Assembly (NCBI GenBank): GCA_043777595.1
Contig: JAYWHT010000044.1
Coordinates: forward strand, 73,060-137,059
Reading direction: 5' to 3'
Source: Spirosomataceae bacterium
GTDB lineage: Bacteria; Bacteroidota; Bacteroidia; Cytophagales; Spirosomataceae
Length of the DNA: 64,000 nucleotides
Numbering within the stretch: position 1 is the stretch's first letter; the number at the start of each line of letters is the position of its first letter. Positions 29,677-38,552 of this stretch are shown piece after piece. Under the pieces are notes generated by a model. It searched no databases. It was not told the DNA's origin and was given only the letters and a program-made list of their open reading frames with translations. The position numbers and the translations under genes are program-made.

Positions 29677-29902
29677 AAAATTTCGTTTCAGACCACAATA
29701 ATAAGGCCATTAAATATTGAAACAAATTAAGAGAATGAAAAAATGAAGATAATGAAAAAAATGAAAGTAACCTTGAGTTTAATCAGTTTCTTTGGCTGAC
29801 TTAAACTTAAATAAAATTAAGCGGGTTATCGCTGTAATTAGAATACAAGATAGTTGTTTTAGTGTACAAGTATCTTATTATCAAATAATTAAAAAATATT
29901 CG

Positions 29903-29930
29903 CATCTTACATCTCACATCTCGCATCTAT
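29903..29930 (+). repeat. Four tandem CATCTnn heptamers
   Basis: 'CATCTTA CATCTCA CATCTCG CATCTAT', about 10 nt upstream of the ORF start at 29941. Confidence 0.7.
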
Positions 29931-29940
29931 TTTTTGAGTT

Positions 29941-31167
29941 TTGGTTTTATATTTGGCTAAAAAATCAATCAATTTGTCCACTCCTCTCACATTCAGCCTT
30001 GCTGACCAGGCTTTTGTTCAGGCCCATCTCAACGATGATGCTACCAAACTGCTCCTCAAACTACCACCTGCCCAACGCTGGCTGGCCGAGCAGATTATAA
30101 CTCGCCAAAAAGTCAAAAACAAACTACCTACTTGGTGCCACAACCCAGCCGTTTTGTTCCCTGTTTCGTTGTCGGTCGAGCAGAGTTCGTCTGAAATTAC
30201 TGCCCAACACAAAGCCTCGTTGGTTTCGGGTCGGTTACTGATTGATGCCACGGGCGGTATGGGCGTTGATGCTTTTTATATGGCCAAACGATTTGAAAAA
30301 GTAATTTATATTGAACAAAAGCCAGAATTAGTACAGCTCGCTTGCTATAATTTTCAACAACTGGGTGCTACTAATATTGACTGCGTTTGTGGTGAAGCGA
30401 TGCAGTTTTTGAACGATTTTACAGACCCAATCGACTGGCTTTATCTCGACCCCGCTCGCCGCTCAGTTACTCAAAAAAAAGTACATCAATTAGCCGATTG
30501 TGAGCCTGATGTCGTTAAAAATTTAAAATTACTATTTCAAAAAACAAACAATATCCTCATCAAAACCTCGCCATTACTCGACATCAAACAGGCTATTGAA
30601 GATTTGCAGTTGGTCAATAAAATTTGTGTCGTAGCCGTCGAAAATGAATGTAAAGAGGTACTATTCAAACTAAAAAAAGATAAAACGGACTTGGTTGAAA
30701 TTGGCCGAAATATTGATATTCAGACAGTAAACTACGCTAAAAATCAAACCCAGTTTTTTGATTTTGATTTTCAATCAGAACAGCAAACGGTTGCTACTTT
30801 TAGCAATCCGCTCAAATATTTGTACGAACCCAATGTAGCCGTTCTCAAAGCAGGGGCTTTCAGGTGTTTGGGCAATCGGTTTGAGTTAATGAAAATCAGC
30901 CCACATAGCCATTTATATACTTCGACAGAATTACGAGCTGATTTTTCGGGACGAATATTTGAAATAATAGCTACCGTAAAAGTCAATAGTCAAGACATTG
31001 AACCCTATTTGACAGACCGAAAAGCAAACTTGACTGTAAGGAATTTTCCGATTGGGGTAGAAGAATTGCGTAAAAAACTAAAACTGAAAGACGGCGGCAA
31101 CGTATATTTATTTGCCACAACGCTACACAACAACGACAAACAGATTGTGATTTGTCGAAAATTATGA
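29941..31167 (+). CDS. Class I SAM-dependent methyltransferase (THUMP-like C-terminal region)
   Basis: SAM motif I 'LIDATGGMGVDAF' and 'LYLDPARR'. The start codon is uncertain. Confidence 0.7.
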   Translation: MVLYLAKKSINLSTPLTFSLADQAFVQAHLNDDATKLLLKLPPAQRWLAEQIITRQKVKNKLPTWCHNPAVLFPVSLSVEQSSSEITAQHKASLVSGRLLIDATGGMGVDAFYMAKRFEKVIYIEQKPELVQLACYNFQQLGATNIDCVCGEAMQFLNDFTDPIDWLYLDPARRSVTQKKVHQLADCEPDVVKNLKLLFQKTNNILIKTSPLLDIKQAIEDLQLVNKICVVAVENECKEVLFKLKKDKTDLVEIGRNIDIQTVNYAKNQTQFFDFDFQSEQQTVATFSNPLKYLYEPNVAVLKAGAFRCLGNRFELMKISPHSHLYTSTELRADFSGRIFEIIATVKVNSQDIEPYLTDRKANLTVRNFPIGVEELRKKLKLKDGGNVYLFATTLHNNDKQIVICRKL

Positions 31168-31979
31168 TAAAATATTATAAATATGCCCATTGGTTGAGTT
31201 TGGACGTAGTGCTGGGTGCAGTGCTGTGTCATTGTATGGCCGCTCGGTTGGCTGGTGCGCTCATTAACTGGTCGGTAATTATTGTTTTGGCAATAACTGT
31301 TTTTTGTATTTACTTGACAGACAGAATTTTAGACAATCAAAAGGCCATTCAAACCACCGCCCGACACCAGTTTCAGAGTCAGCATCAAGATTTGCTAATC
31401 AAAATTGTCATTGGCTTAGTAATTATTTCTTTTGTACTACTTTTTTGGTTGCCGAAAGCAGTTTTATGGTTTGGTTTTGGGTTGAGTGCGGCAGTTGGCT
31501 TATATTTGTTGGCGGTTTTTAAAACAAAGCTCACAAGTAGTTTTGGAGTTTATAAAGATGTTTTTGTGCCGATTATTTACAGTTTGGGAGTGTGGGGAAC
31601 GGCACTGGTTTTACGACCCAAAATAGAGTGGGAAAGCTATGTGCTGGGAGCGGCATTTTGGCTTGTTGTGCAGCAAAGTTTGTTATCAAATGCTTATTTT
31701 GAATCATTCACAGTCGAAGAGGGCGAGTCGTTTCCTATTATTTGGGGCGAATCTAAAACACAACGATTACTCAAAATTATTTTTTGGGTTATCGTTGTTA
31801 TTTGTGTTACTTCGATCATTATTACCAATAATCGCTTTGCATTGCGAACGGCCTTTGTTTTGATTTTGATGGCTGGCATCAATCAATGGCTCACAACAAA
31901 CCCCAGGCAATGGTTAAATAATGACCGTTATCGTTTTGTATTAGAGGCGATTTTTTTGATGCCACTTATGATATTATAA
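31152..31979 (+). CDS. Integral membrane protein of unknown function (weak UbiA-like 'YLTDRILD' motif)
   Basis: 275 aa with 7-8 TM segments. It overlaps the upstream gene by 16 nt. Confidence 0.5.
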   Translation: MSKIMIKYYKYAHWLSLDVVLGAVLCHCMAARLAGALINWSVIIVLAITVFCIYLTDRILDNQKAIQTTARHQFQSQHQDLLIKIVIGLVIISFVLLFWLPKAVLWFGFGLSAAVGLYLLAVFKTKLTSSFGVYKDVFVPIIYSLGVWGTALVLRPKIEWESYVLGAAFWLVVQQSLLSNAYFESFTVEEGESFPIIWGESKTQRLLKIIFWVIVVICVTSIIITNNRFALRTAFVLILMAGINQWLTTNPRQWLNNDRYRFVLEAIFLMPLMIL

Positions 31980-31991
31980 ATTCAATTTTGT

Positions 31992-32561
31992 ATGCAACTA
32001 TCAAATGCTGTTTCCGATGCCCTTGTGGCCGTGATGAGTATCGCTGTGTTCTTTCATTTTTTTGCCCGTATGTCGTTCAATGATAAAATTGTATGGGGCT
32101 TGTTTTTTTCAATCGTTGCCAGTGCGGCCGTGGCTGGTACTTGTCGATTTTTGGGAATGGCCGAAGTCGTGCCACTCCACCAGAGCCTGACATCATTAGG
32201 CGGAACGCTGGGCGTAGTGGCGCTCATGGCCGGTATTTGGACATTAGTAAACCAACAAACGGCCTCCCGTGGGCTTTTGATTGCTATCGTTGTGGCTGGG
32301 CTGGCCTTATTTGTGTTGTTTTTAGATGTTCGTTTCAAGCCTTTTGAGCAGGTCGTTCAGTCGTTGGGTATGCTGGTTGGTATGTGTTTTGCGGTTTGGG
32401 GAATGACAAAAAAATACCAAAAATCAATCTGGATTGTGGCAGGTATTATGGTCATTGCACTTGGCACACAGGTTCTAAATCGGCTTTTACCATTCAATCC
32501 AACAGATGTTTATCACTACTCGTTGGTGGCCATGATGTACTGTTTTGGGCGAGCGGTTTGA
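31992..32561 (+). CDS. Hypothetical membrane protein
   Basis: 189 aa with about 6 TM segments, in the same operon-like string. Confidence 0.5.
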   Translation: MQLSNAVSDALVAVMSIAVFFHFFARMSFNDKIVWGLFFSIVASAAVAGTCRFLGMAEVVPLHQSLTSLGGTLGVVALMAGIWTLVNQQTASRGLLIAIVVAGLALFVLFLDVRFKPFEQVVQSLGMLVGMCFAVWGMTKKYQKSIWIVAGIMVIALGTQVLNRLLPFNPTDVYHYSLVAMMYCFGRAV

Positions 32562-32562
32562 G

Positions 32563-33633
32563 TTATTTACCAATCAATCGTTTCAAAAAATCGTAGGCGT
32601 ATGTGGCTACGAGCCAGCTTTTTCTTTTCAGATTGTCAGCCATAATTTTAAAGCGAGTATCAAATCTGAGCGTAGTGGTATAGTCGTAGCTTTTGGTCAA
32701 ATAATCAAGTGCATTCTGCTCGCTCAGTTTATAATTGTCGGCCTTTGAATATGCCTGAATACCCTGCCCCACACTATTAAAAGGCGAGTGAGTAGCGTAT
32801 TGTTCCAACGACAAATGTTTGAACTCATAACCGTCATTGACCATCTGATAAAACCACGTTGTACCCAAATCTGCTCCGCCCCATACTCCACCAAAACACC
32901 GTTTAGAGCCTTCTGGCAGGGTATTTTTTCTGTAAACAGCGGTATCAATCATACAGGTATATTCGTTGAGGCGGCACTCAGGTAATGGAAAATAGCGACC
33001 CGATTCAATGATTTCGATGTCTAATTTTTTTCTGGGCGTATTTTGTAAATAATACAACTCTAAGGCTTCGGACTGAGAAAACGTGGTTTTATATTGCACA
33101 AATCCGTTGCATTTATTGGCAAACGAAGGCCCTGCAGGGCAAGACCAACATTGTCCGATTGAGCCTAAACCAGCGTATTTGCCATTACTTTCAGCATAGT
33201 TTTCTAACATCTGGCCAGCCATATCGTTGTGATAAAGCATATCGTTGTGCATAATAAGCACAAATGGCTTATCGCTTTTTTCTAAGGCATATTGATACGG
33301 AATGCTCCAACGTAAATCTTGATTGTTTTTAACTTCCAAGTCATCGAGCGGCCCCAGTGCATAAAAATACTGGGGGTGGTAAGTTTTTACTTTTACTTTA
33401 TTTTTGAGTGCATCTAAGACAACATAAATACCAGAATGAGTATCAAAAGGTTGCTTTTTTTCGACAGTAATATAAACAGTATCAATGTGATTGTGGCTGT
33501 ATTTGAGGAGAGACAATATCGAAACAATGGTCTGATAGGGCTTGCCATAGTAAACAATACTGACATCAATGTTTTTGGGCATAAAAAAACTACTTTGTTT
33601 GAAATTTTCACAAATATCAAACAAAGTAGCCAT
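32563..33633 (-). CDS. Hypothetical protein with a glycosyltransferase-2-like N-terminus
   Basis: 'VSIVYYGKPYQTIVSILSLL' and 'VLIMHNDM' resemble the GT-A fold. A Cys cluster is also present: 'GQCWSCPAGPSFANKC'. Confidence 0.5.
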   Translation of the reverse strand: MATLFDICENFKQSSFFMPKNIDVSIVYYGKPYQTIVSILSLLKYSHNHIDTVYITVEKKQPFDTHSGIYVVLDALKNKVKVKTYHPQYFYALGPLDDLEVKNNQDLRWSIPYQYALEKSDKPFVLIMHNDMLYHNDMAGQMLENYAESNGKYAGLGSIGQCWSCPAGPSFANKCNGFVQYKTTFSQSEALELYYLQNTPRKKLDIEIIESGRYFPLPECRLNEYTCMIDTAVYRKNTLPEGSKRCFGGVWGGADLGTTWFYQMVNDGYEFKHLSLEQYATHSPFNSVGQGIQAYSKADNYKLSEQNALDYLTKSYDYTTTLRFDTRFKIMADNLKRKSWLVATYAYDFLKRLIGK

Positions 33634-33657
33634 AAAATCAAGATATAAAGGCGGTTA

Positions 33658-34989
33658 TTAGTACTTAAAGACCTTTCCGCCAGCCATAACTTCCTGTGTT
33701 TTTTCGTCAAATGTTACCCTCATACCTGTACGATAGGCAGCGTTGGCCATGATGGTAGCGATGGAGTGCTGGTAGCCTGCTTCGATGGGCGCATTTGGTG
33801 TTTTGCGGTTACGCACACATTCCATCCAGTTTTTGACGTGGTTGTAGGTCAGTGGGTCGCCGCCTGTGTTTGCACCAGACTCTACCTTGACACCTTCCAA
33901 TTTTAGAGGTGGCAGTAAATTGGCTTTGAGTCCCATTGCGCCTGCCTCACGCTCACGCAAGCCGCCCGTAGCACTTATTTCGTTGGTGTCTAAGTTTATC
34001 ATACCGCCATTAGAATAGTATAATTCTTTGGTTTCGCCAGCCGAGTTTGAAAAGCGACTTGTAAACTGCACCTGAAAGCCAGTAGTTGGGTCGTTGAGAG
34101 GGCCATAGTCAAACACCACTGTCAGTGTATCGGGGTTTGTTCGGCCATCTTTCCATTGATAAATACCCCCATTGGCTACTGCCGACCGTGGGTGTGCCAA
34201 GCCACTAAACCAGTGTACGGTATCAATCTGGTGGCTCATCCATTGGCCAGGAATACCTGATGAATAAGGCCAAAATAGCCTATATTCCAAGTACTTACGA
34301 GGGTCGAATGCTACTTTTGGGCGGTTAATCTGGTAGCGCAACCAGTCCACATCGCTTTCTTTGAGTGTACTCGTTAGCTCGGGTCTGCGCCAGCGGCCGG
34401 GCTGGTTTACGTTCCACATCAACTCTACCATGACGATTGGCCCAAACTTACCCGATTTGATGTATTCGTCGGCTGCCCAATAGTTAGTGCCGCTTCTTCT
34501 TTGAGACCCGATTTGTACAATTTTTCCTGATGCTTTCACAGCTTTCAACACGGCACGGTTGTCTTCCATGGTTTCGGCCAATGGTTTTTCGCAATATACA
34601 TCACAACCTGCCCTGACGGCCTCAATGGCATGAACGGCGTGCTGGAAGTCGGCGGTGCTGATAAACACTGCGTCCACCATTTTGGAGTCGTAGAGTTCGT
34701 CGTTGTTTCTAAATATTTTTACGTCGTTGCCAAGTTGTTTTTCAAGATAGGCTTTGCCTTCGTCTCGGCGGCGGTTCCAGATGTCTGACAGAGCCACCAT
34801 TTCAAAATTCATACTTTTTGATAAATCTCTGAAAGGCTGCACGTGCGAATAGCGGTGTCTATCGGCAAAACCTACGCAGGCCACTCGCACACGGTCGTTT
34901 GAGCCAATGATTTTGGCATAGCTTTTGGCCGAAAAAGCTGATGCTGCCCCCGCCAATATTGATTGTCTAATAAAATCTCGTCTTTGCAT
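33658..34989 (-). CDS. Gfo/Idh/MocA family oxidoreductase with a Tat signal
   Basis: 'MQRRDFIRQSILAGAASAFSA' (twin-arginine), Rossmann 'RVACVGFADR' and 'EKPLA'. The start is moved to ATG 34989. Confidence 0.85.
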   Translation of the reverse strand: MQRRDFIRQSILAGAASAFSAKSYAKIIGSNDRVRVACVGFADRHRYSHVQPFRDLSKSMNFEMVALSDIWNRRRDEGKAYLEKQLGNDVKIFRNNDELYDSKMVDAVFISTADFQHAVHAIEAVRAGCDVYCEKPLAETMEDNRAVLKAVKASGKIVQIGSQRRSGTNYWAADEYIKSGKFGPIVMVELMWNVNQPGRWRRPELTSTLKESDVDWLRYQINRPKVAFDPRKYLEYRLFWPYSSGIPGQWMSHQIDTVHWFSGLAHPRSAVANGGIYQWKDGRTNPDTLTVVFDYGPLNDPTTGFQVQFTSRFSNSAGETKELYYSNGGMINLDTNEISATGGLREREAGAMGLKANLLPPLKLEGVKVESGANTGGDPLTYNHVKNWMECVRNRKTPNAPIEAGYQHSIATIMANAAYRTGMRVTFDEKTQEVMAGGKVFKY

Positions 34990-35103
34990 ATTTTTAGTTT
35001 GGTTATGATTATTGTTTGGTTCATACTTCTTTTTCTCTATGAATTCCATGCCTTTGCGGTCTATAATTTTTAAACATGGAGGCACAGATTACATAGAGAA
35101 AAA

Positions 35104-35517
35104 TTATTCTTTTGGCAATTTAGCAAAGTCCGCTGTAACAAGCGATACCATTTGACTTCTTATATTTTCACAATTAAAATTTATCAATAAACCTTTGGCT
35201 TTTTGGCTTAATTTGAGGTATGAAAGTAATTGTGCTTTAAAAAGTGGAATCATCGTTTCAACCGCTTTGAGTTCGACAACTATTATATTATTTACCACAA
35301 TATCCAATCGTAACTCATGCGACAATTCTTTGCCTCGCCATATTATTGGTACACGTTGTTGGCTCGTAACAGTAAACTCATTCTGTCGTAATTCTTCAAT
35401 AAAACAAGCTTCGTAAACAGATTTTAATAAACCAGGTCATAATTCTTTATGAACATTGATAGCACAGCCAATGATTTTATAAGAAACGTCATTGATATAT
35501 TTCTGCGTAATTTCCAT
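35104..35517 (-). pseudogene. GxxExxY-family (PD-(D/E)XK_3) gene with an in-frame TGA
   Basis: It reads 'MEITQKYINDVSYKIIGCAINVHKEL*PGLLKSVYEACFIEEL...VVELKAVE...GLLINF'. The TGA at 35437-35439 replaces the conserved Gly, and the signature Glu is Lys. Confidence 0.7.
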
Positions 35518-35550
35518 TTTTCTAAATACTTTTTCGTGAACCTCCATGAC

Positions 35551-35677
35551 TTTCGTGCCTCTGTGGTAAAGAAATCAAGCACGGAGGCACAGAGAACACA
35601 AATATTTTTCCCTCCTTGAATCTTTATATTCTTCGTGCCTCTGTGGTAAAGAAATCAGACACGGAGGCACAGAGAAT
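35551..35677. repeat. Two 47-nt copies of an imperfect palindromic (REP-like) element
   Basis: 35551-35597 and 35631-35677 differ at 4 positions. The arms 'CGTGCCTCTGTG' and 'CACGGAGGCACAG' pair with one G-T. A further half-copy lies at 35075-35106, and an inverted half-copy at 35535-35548. Confidence 0.85.
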
Positions 35678-35688
35678 ATAGAGAAAAA

Positions 35689-37053
35689 TTACTTCAATTC
35701 ACGAATTTTAATATTCTTAAAAAATACATTATCACCATGGTCTTGAATCAAAATATGTCCTTTTGCGGCCATTCCAAAACCCTCCCAGTCTTTGTATTTG
35801 CTACGGGCAACGAGAGCCTGATAAATCTTGTCGCCACGGGTGTATTCTACTACTTTAAAACCATTCAAAAAATGCACTACTCGGTTGTCTGGATAAACCA
35901 CTACACGGCCTTTGTTCCAATCCCCAATTTTTTTGACGGCACGGCTACGGTGGCCTTCTTTGTCGGCAGGAATCAGGTCATAGAGCGAGCCAACTGTTCG
36001 GTTGCCCACCACGCCGAGTTTTGCGTCGGGGTGTTTGGCATCGTCTAAGACTTGAAACTCTAAACCAATACCCGACTTGCCGCCTGTGTCATATTTTTCA
36101 GACACAAAATATTTTATTCCTGAGTTTGCGCCATCTGTTAGCTTAAAATCAAAAGCGAGTTCAAACGCAGCAAACTGCCCTGTCGAAACAATGTCGTTAC
36201 CAGTTTCGCCGCCATCTGAGCTACTGACTGAAAGCACACCATCGGTTATTTTCCAACGTTTTTCAGGCATTTTATCTTTGTAAATTGCTCGCCATCCATC
36301 AAAGTTTTGGCCATTAAATAACGGTTTCCAGCCCTGTGTTTTTTCATTTTCTGATATATTGTTCAATAAAAAATTTTCCACCCGAATACCCGTTTGTGGG
36401 CTTGATTTAAGGTTTTCGGTCTGGATTCTGACATTGCGCCAGCGTACTTGCTTACCTTCGTCAGTTTTGGCAATGAGTGCGTGTACTTGTAGTGAAATAA
36501 ACCCTCGGGTTGTTACATCGTCAATGACGTTGGCCACTTCTACACCATTTATAAAAGTTCTTAGACTTGTGCCGATGGCTTCGATTCTGTACTTATTCCA
36601 TTGATTATTTCGTTTAAAAGCCTTCATGCCATCGGGGTTTATTTCTGGTACATACAACCACCCACGGCGGGCTTCGTCGTATATTCCACCCGAATAGCTA
36701 CGGTCTGAGGCATCGATTTCCATCTGATAGCCATGCACACGGCCATTTTCAAAATCAGGTTTTGATAGGCTACGAAACTGAATACCCGAGTTGAGCCCTT
36801 CGTCCACATTGACCTCGCACTCTAAAATAAAGTCGCCGTAGTCTTGTTCGGTACTCAAAAAAGTGTTGGGGCTGTTTGCCACAGCCGTACCTATTATTAC
36901 GCCATCTTTTATTTCGTACCTGGCAGTGCCGTTCAGAATCTTCCAGCCTTTGAGTGTTTTACCGTCAAAAAGCGATTTCCAAGGGCTTTTTTGAGCAGTT
37001 GATTGACTGACTAATTGACTAATTAAGAGAATTAAAATTAAATACTTTTTCAT
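35689..37053 (-). CDS. Tandem DUF1080 (3-keto-disaccharide hydrolase-like) domain protein
   Basis: Signal peptide, then two copies of the 'W..LF.G..L.GW......W.V.DGV...' pattern, with 'NSGIQFR' and 'NSGIKYF'. Confidence 0.8.
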   Translation of the reverse strand: MKKYLILILLISQLVSQSTAQKSPWKSLFDGKTLKGWKILNGTARYEIKDGVIIGTAVANSPNTFLSTEQDYGDFILECEVNVDEGLNSGIQFRSLSKPDFENGRVHGYQMEIDASDRSYSGGIYDEARRGWLYVPEINPDGMKAFKRNNQWNKYRIEAIGTSLRTFINGVEVANVIDDVTTRGFISLQVHALIAKTDEGKQVRWRNVRIQTENLKSSPQTGIRVENFLLNNISENEKTQGWKPLFNGQNFDGWRAIYKDKMPEKRWKITDGVLSVSSSDGGETGNDIVSTGQFAAFELAFDFKLTDGANSGIKYFVSEKYDTGGKSGIGLEFQVLDDAKHPDAKLGVVGNRTVGSLYDLIPADKEGHRSRAVKKIGDWNKGRVVVYPDNRVVHFLNGFKVVEYTRGDKIYQALVARSKYKDWEGFGMAAKGHILIQDHGDNVFFKNIKIRELK

Positions 37054-37072
37054 TTTAAATTTTTCTGTTTGT

Positions 37073-37990
37073 TTAAATACGGTAGTTCAATGTGTTCAAG
37101 ATATAGTCTCGATTGGTGGTGGCACATGATATTGGCGTTTTGTCTTTGTCAGGCACGCCGTCGAGTTCTATTATTCCCCAACCGTCGAATTTTATTTTTT
37201 TTAATGATTCAAAAACGGCTTTTATGTCCACATTTCCACGACCAAGTTCTACAAATTTATAGGCTTTGGGGTCGTCGGGCTTATTGGGTAGTGGCGACAT
37301 TGTATCTTTGAGGTGTAGCGAGTGTAGTATGTCTCGGTATTGTAAAATGGCTTTTTCGGGTTGTCCGCCACCCTGTTTGTAGTGGGCAATGTCAAGCAGT
37401 AGTTTTACATATTTTGGATTCATACCCTGAACGAGCGCATCGACTTCGTCGGGTGTTTCGCCGATTTGTGCCATGTGATTGTGGTAAACGGCTTGCACGC
37501 CCAAATCGGCTGTTTGCTGGCCAATTTTATTCATCACTTCCGAGAGTCTTTTGAGTTCTTCGGCAGCAGGCAATCTATTGGCTTGCCGTAGCATATTGGT
37601 CATCTGAATAGCCGAGCCACCCAATGCTTTGACAAAACTGGCGTGTGCCACGTGCATATCGATCGTGCTTAGTTCTTTGGCGGGATCTATTTCGACATTA
37701 CCACTCGAAAACATGGCTAATTGCAGGTTTTGAGCGGTAATCATGTCTCGTAATTCACTCATTTTATTACGAAACGGCCCAAAGGTATTGGCCCGAAGTT
37801 GAATACCCCTAAAACCCAGCGAAGCGATTTCTTTGATGGCCACGTTGTCTCGTCCGCCCCAAGTTATGGCCGAGTAAGCTATCTGTAAATTCGTTTCTTT
37901 TAGTTTGCCAGCCAAGGCACTCGCCGAAAGTGTCGAGGCAGCCAACAGACCAGCTTGTTGCATAAAATGACGACGAGACAGAAAATCCAT
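37073..37990 (-). CDS. Sugar phosphate isomerase/epimerase (xylose-isomerase-like TIM barrel) with a Tat signal
   Basis: 'SRRHFMQQAGLLAASTLSASALA' and 'LLLDIAHY', typical of the AP_endonuc_2/TIM family. Confidence 0.8.
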   Translation of the reverse strand: MDFLSRRHFMQQAGLLAASTLSASALAGKLKETNLQIAYSAITWGGRDNVAIKEIASLGFRGIQLRANTFGPFRNKMSELRDMITAQNLQLAMFSSGNVEIDPAKELSTIDMHVAHASFVKALGGSAIQMTNMLRQANRLPAAEELKRLSEVMNKIGQQTADLGVQAVYHNHMAQIGETPDEVDALVQGMNPKYVKLLLDIAHYKQGGGQPEKAILQYRDILHSLHLKDTMSPLPNKPDDPKAYKFVELGRGNVDIKAVFESLKKIKFDGWGIIELDGVPDKDKTPISCATTNRDYILNTLNYRI

Positions 37991-38099
37991 AATTGTTTGA
38001 CGTTATTGATTATCAAGCAATCGACAGCTTTTTTCTACTGTATTTTTAGTTTGGTTTTCCAAAAAGTAAATATTGCTCTTGATTGTGGCTTAGATTTTT

Positions 38100-38552
38100 T
38101 TATTTTCGTAGATTTCTAAAAAAATCTTGCATCAACATCTGTATCTCGCTCTCTAAGATACCTTTGGTGAGTTTGGTTTTGGGATGTAATATTTTTTGGT
38201 TAAGTGTGCAGTATCCCCGTTTGTTGTCAGATGCACCAAAGACGACACGCCCTATTTGCGACCAATATAGTGCGCCAGCGCACATCACACAAGGCTCAAG
38301 CGTAACGTAGAGTGTGCAATCTTTGAGGTATTTGCTACCTAAATATTGGGTAGCGGCTGTGATGGCTAATATTTCTGCATGAGCCGTAACGTCGTTGAGT
38401 TTTTCGGTTTGGTTGTGGGTTTTGGCTATCACAATGTCGTTGCAGACTACAATCGCCCCAACAGGAATCTCGCCATTTTGAGCTGCCATTTTAGCTTCTT
38501 GAATGGCCATTTGCATAAAATAAACATCTGAAAACAAGGTATTTATAGCCAT
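38100..38552 (-). CDS. tadA: tRNA adenosine(34) deaminase
   Basis: The deaminase Zn motifs 'HAEILAI' and 'PCVMCAGAL'. Confidence 0.93.
   Translation of the reverse strand: MAINTLFSDVYFMQMAIQEAKMAAQNGEIPVGAIVVCNDIVIAKTHNQTEKLNDVTAHAEILAITAATQYLGSKYLKDCTLYVTLEPCVMCAGALYWSQIGRVVFGASDNKRGYCTLNQKILHPKTKLTKGILESEIQMLMQDFFRNLRK

Noticed and set aside
34990-35085. The N-terminal extension of the oxidoreductase ORF ('MPPCLKIIDRKGMEFIEKKKYEPNNNHNQTKN').
   Set aside because: It is low-complexity and overlaps the repeat half-copy at 35075. The Tat signal 'MQRRDFI' begins at the ATG at 34989, which is the natural start.
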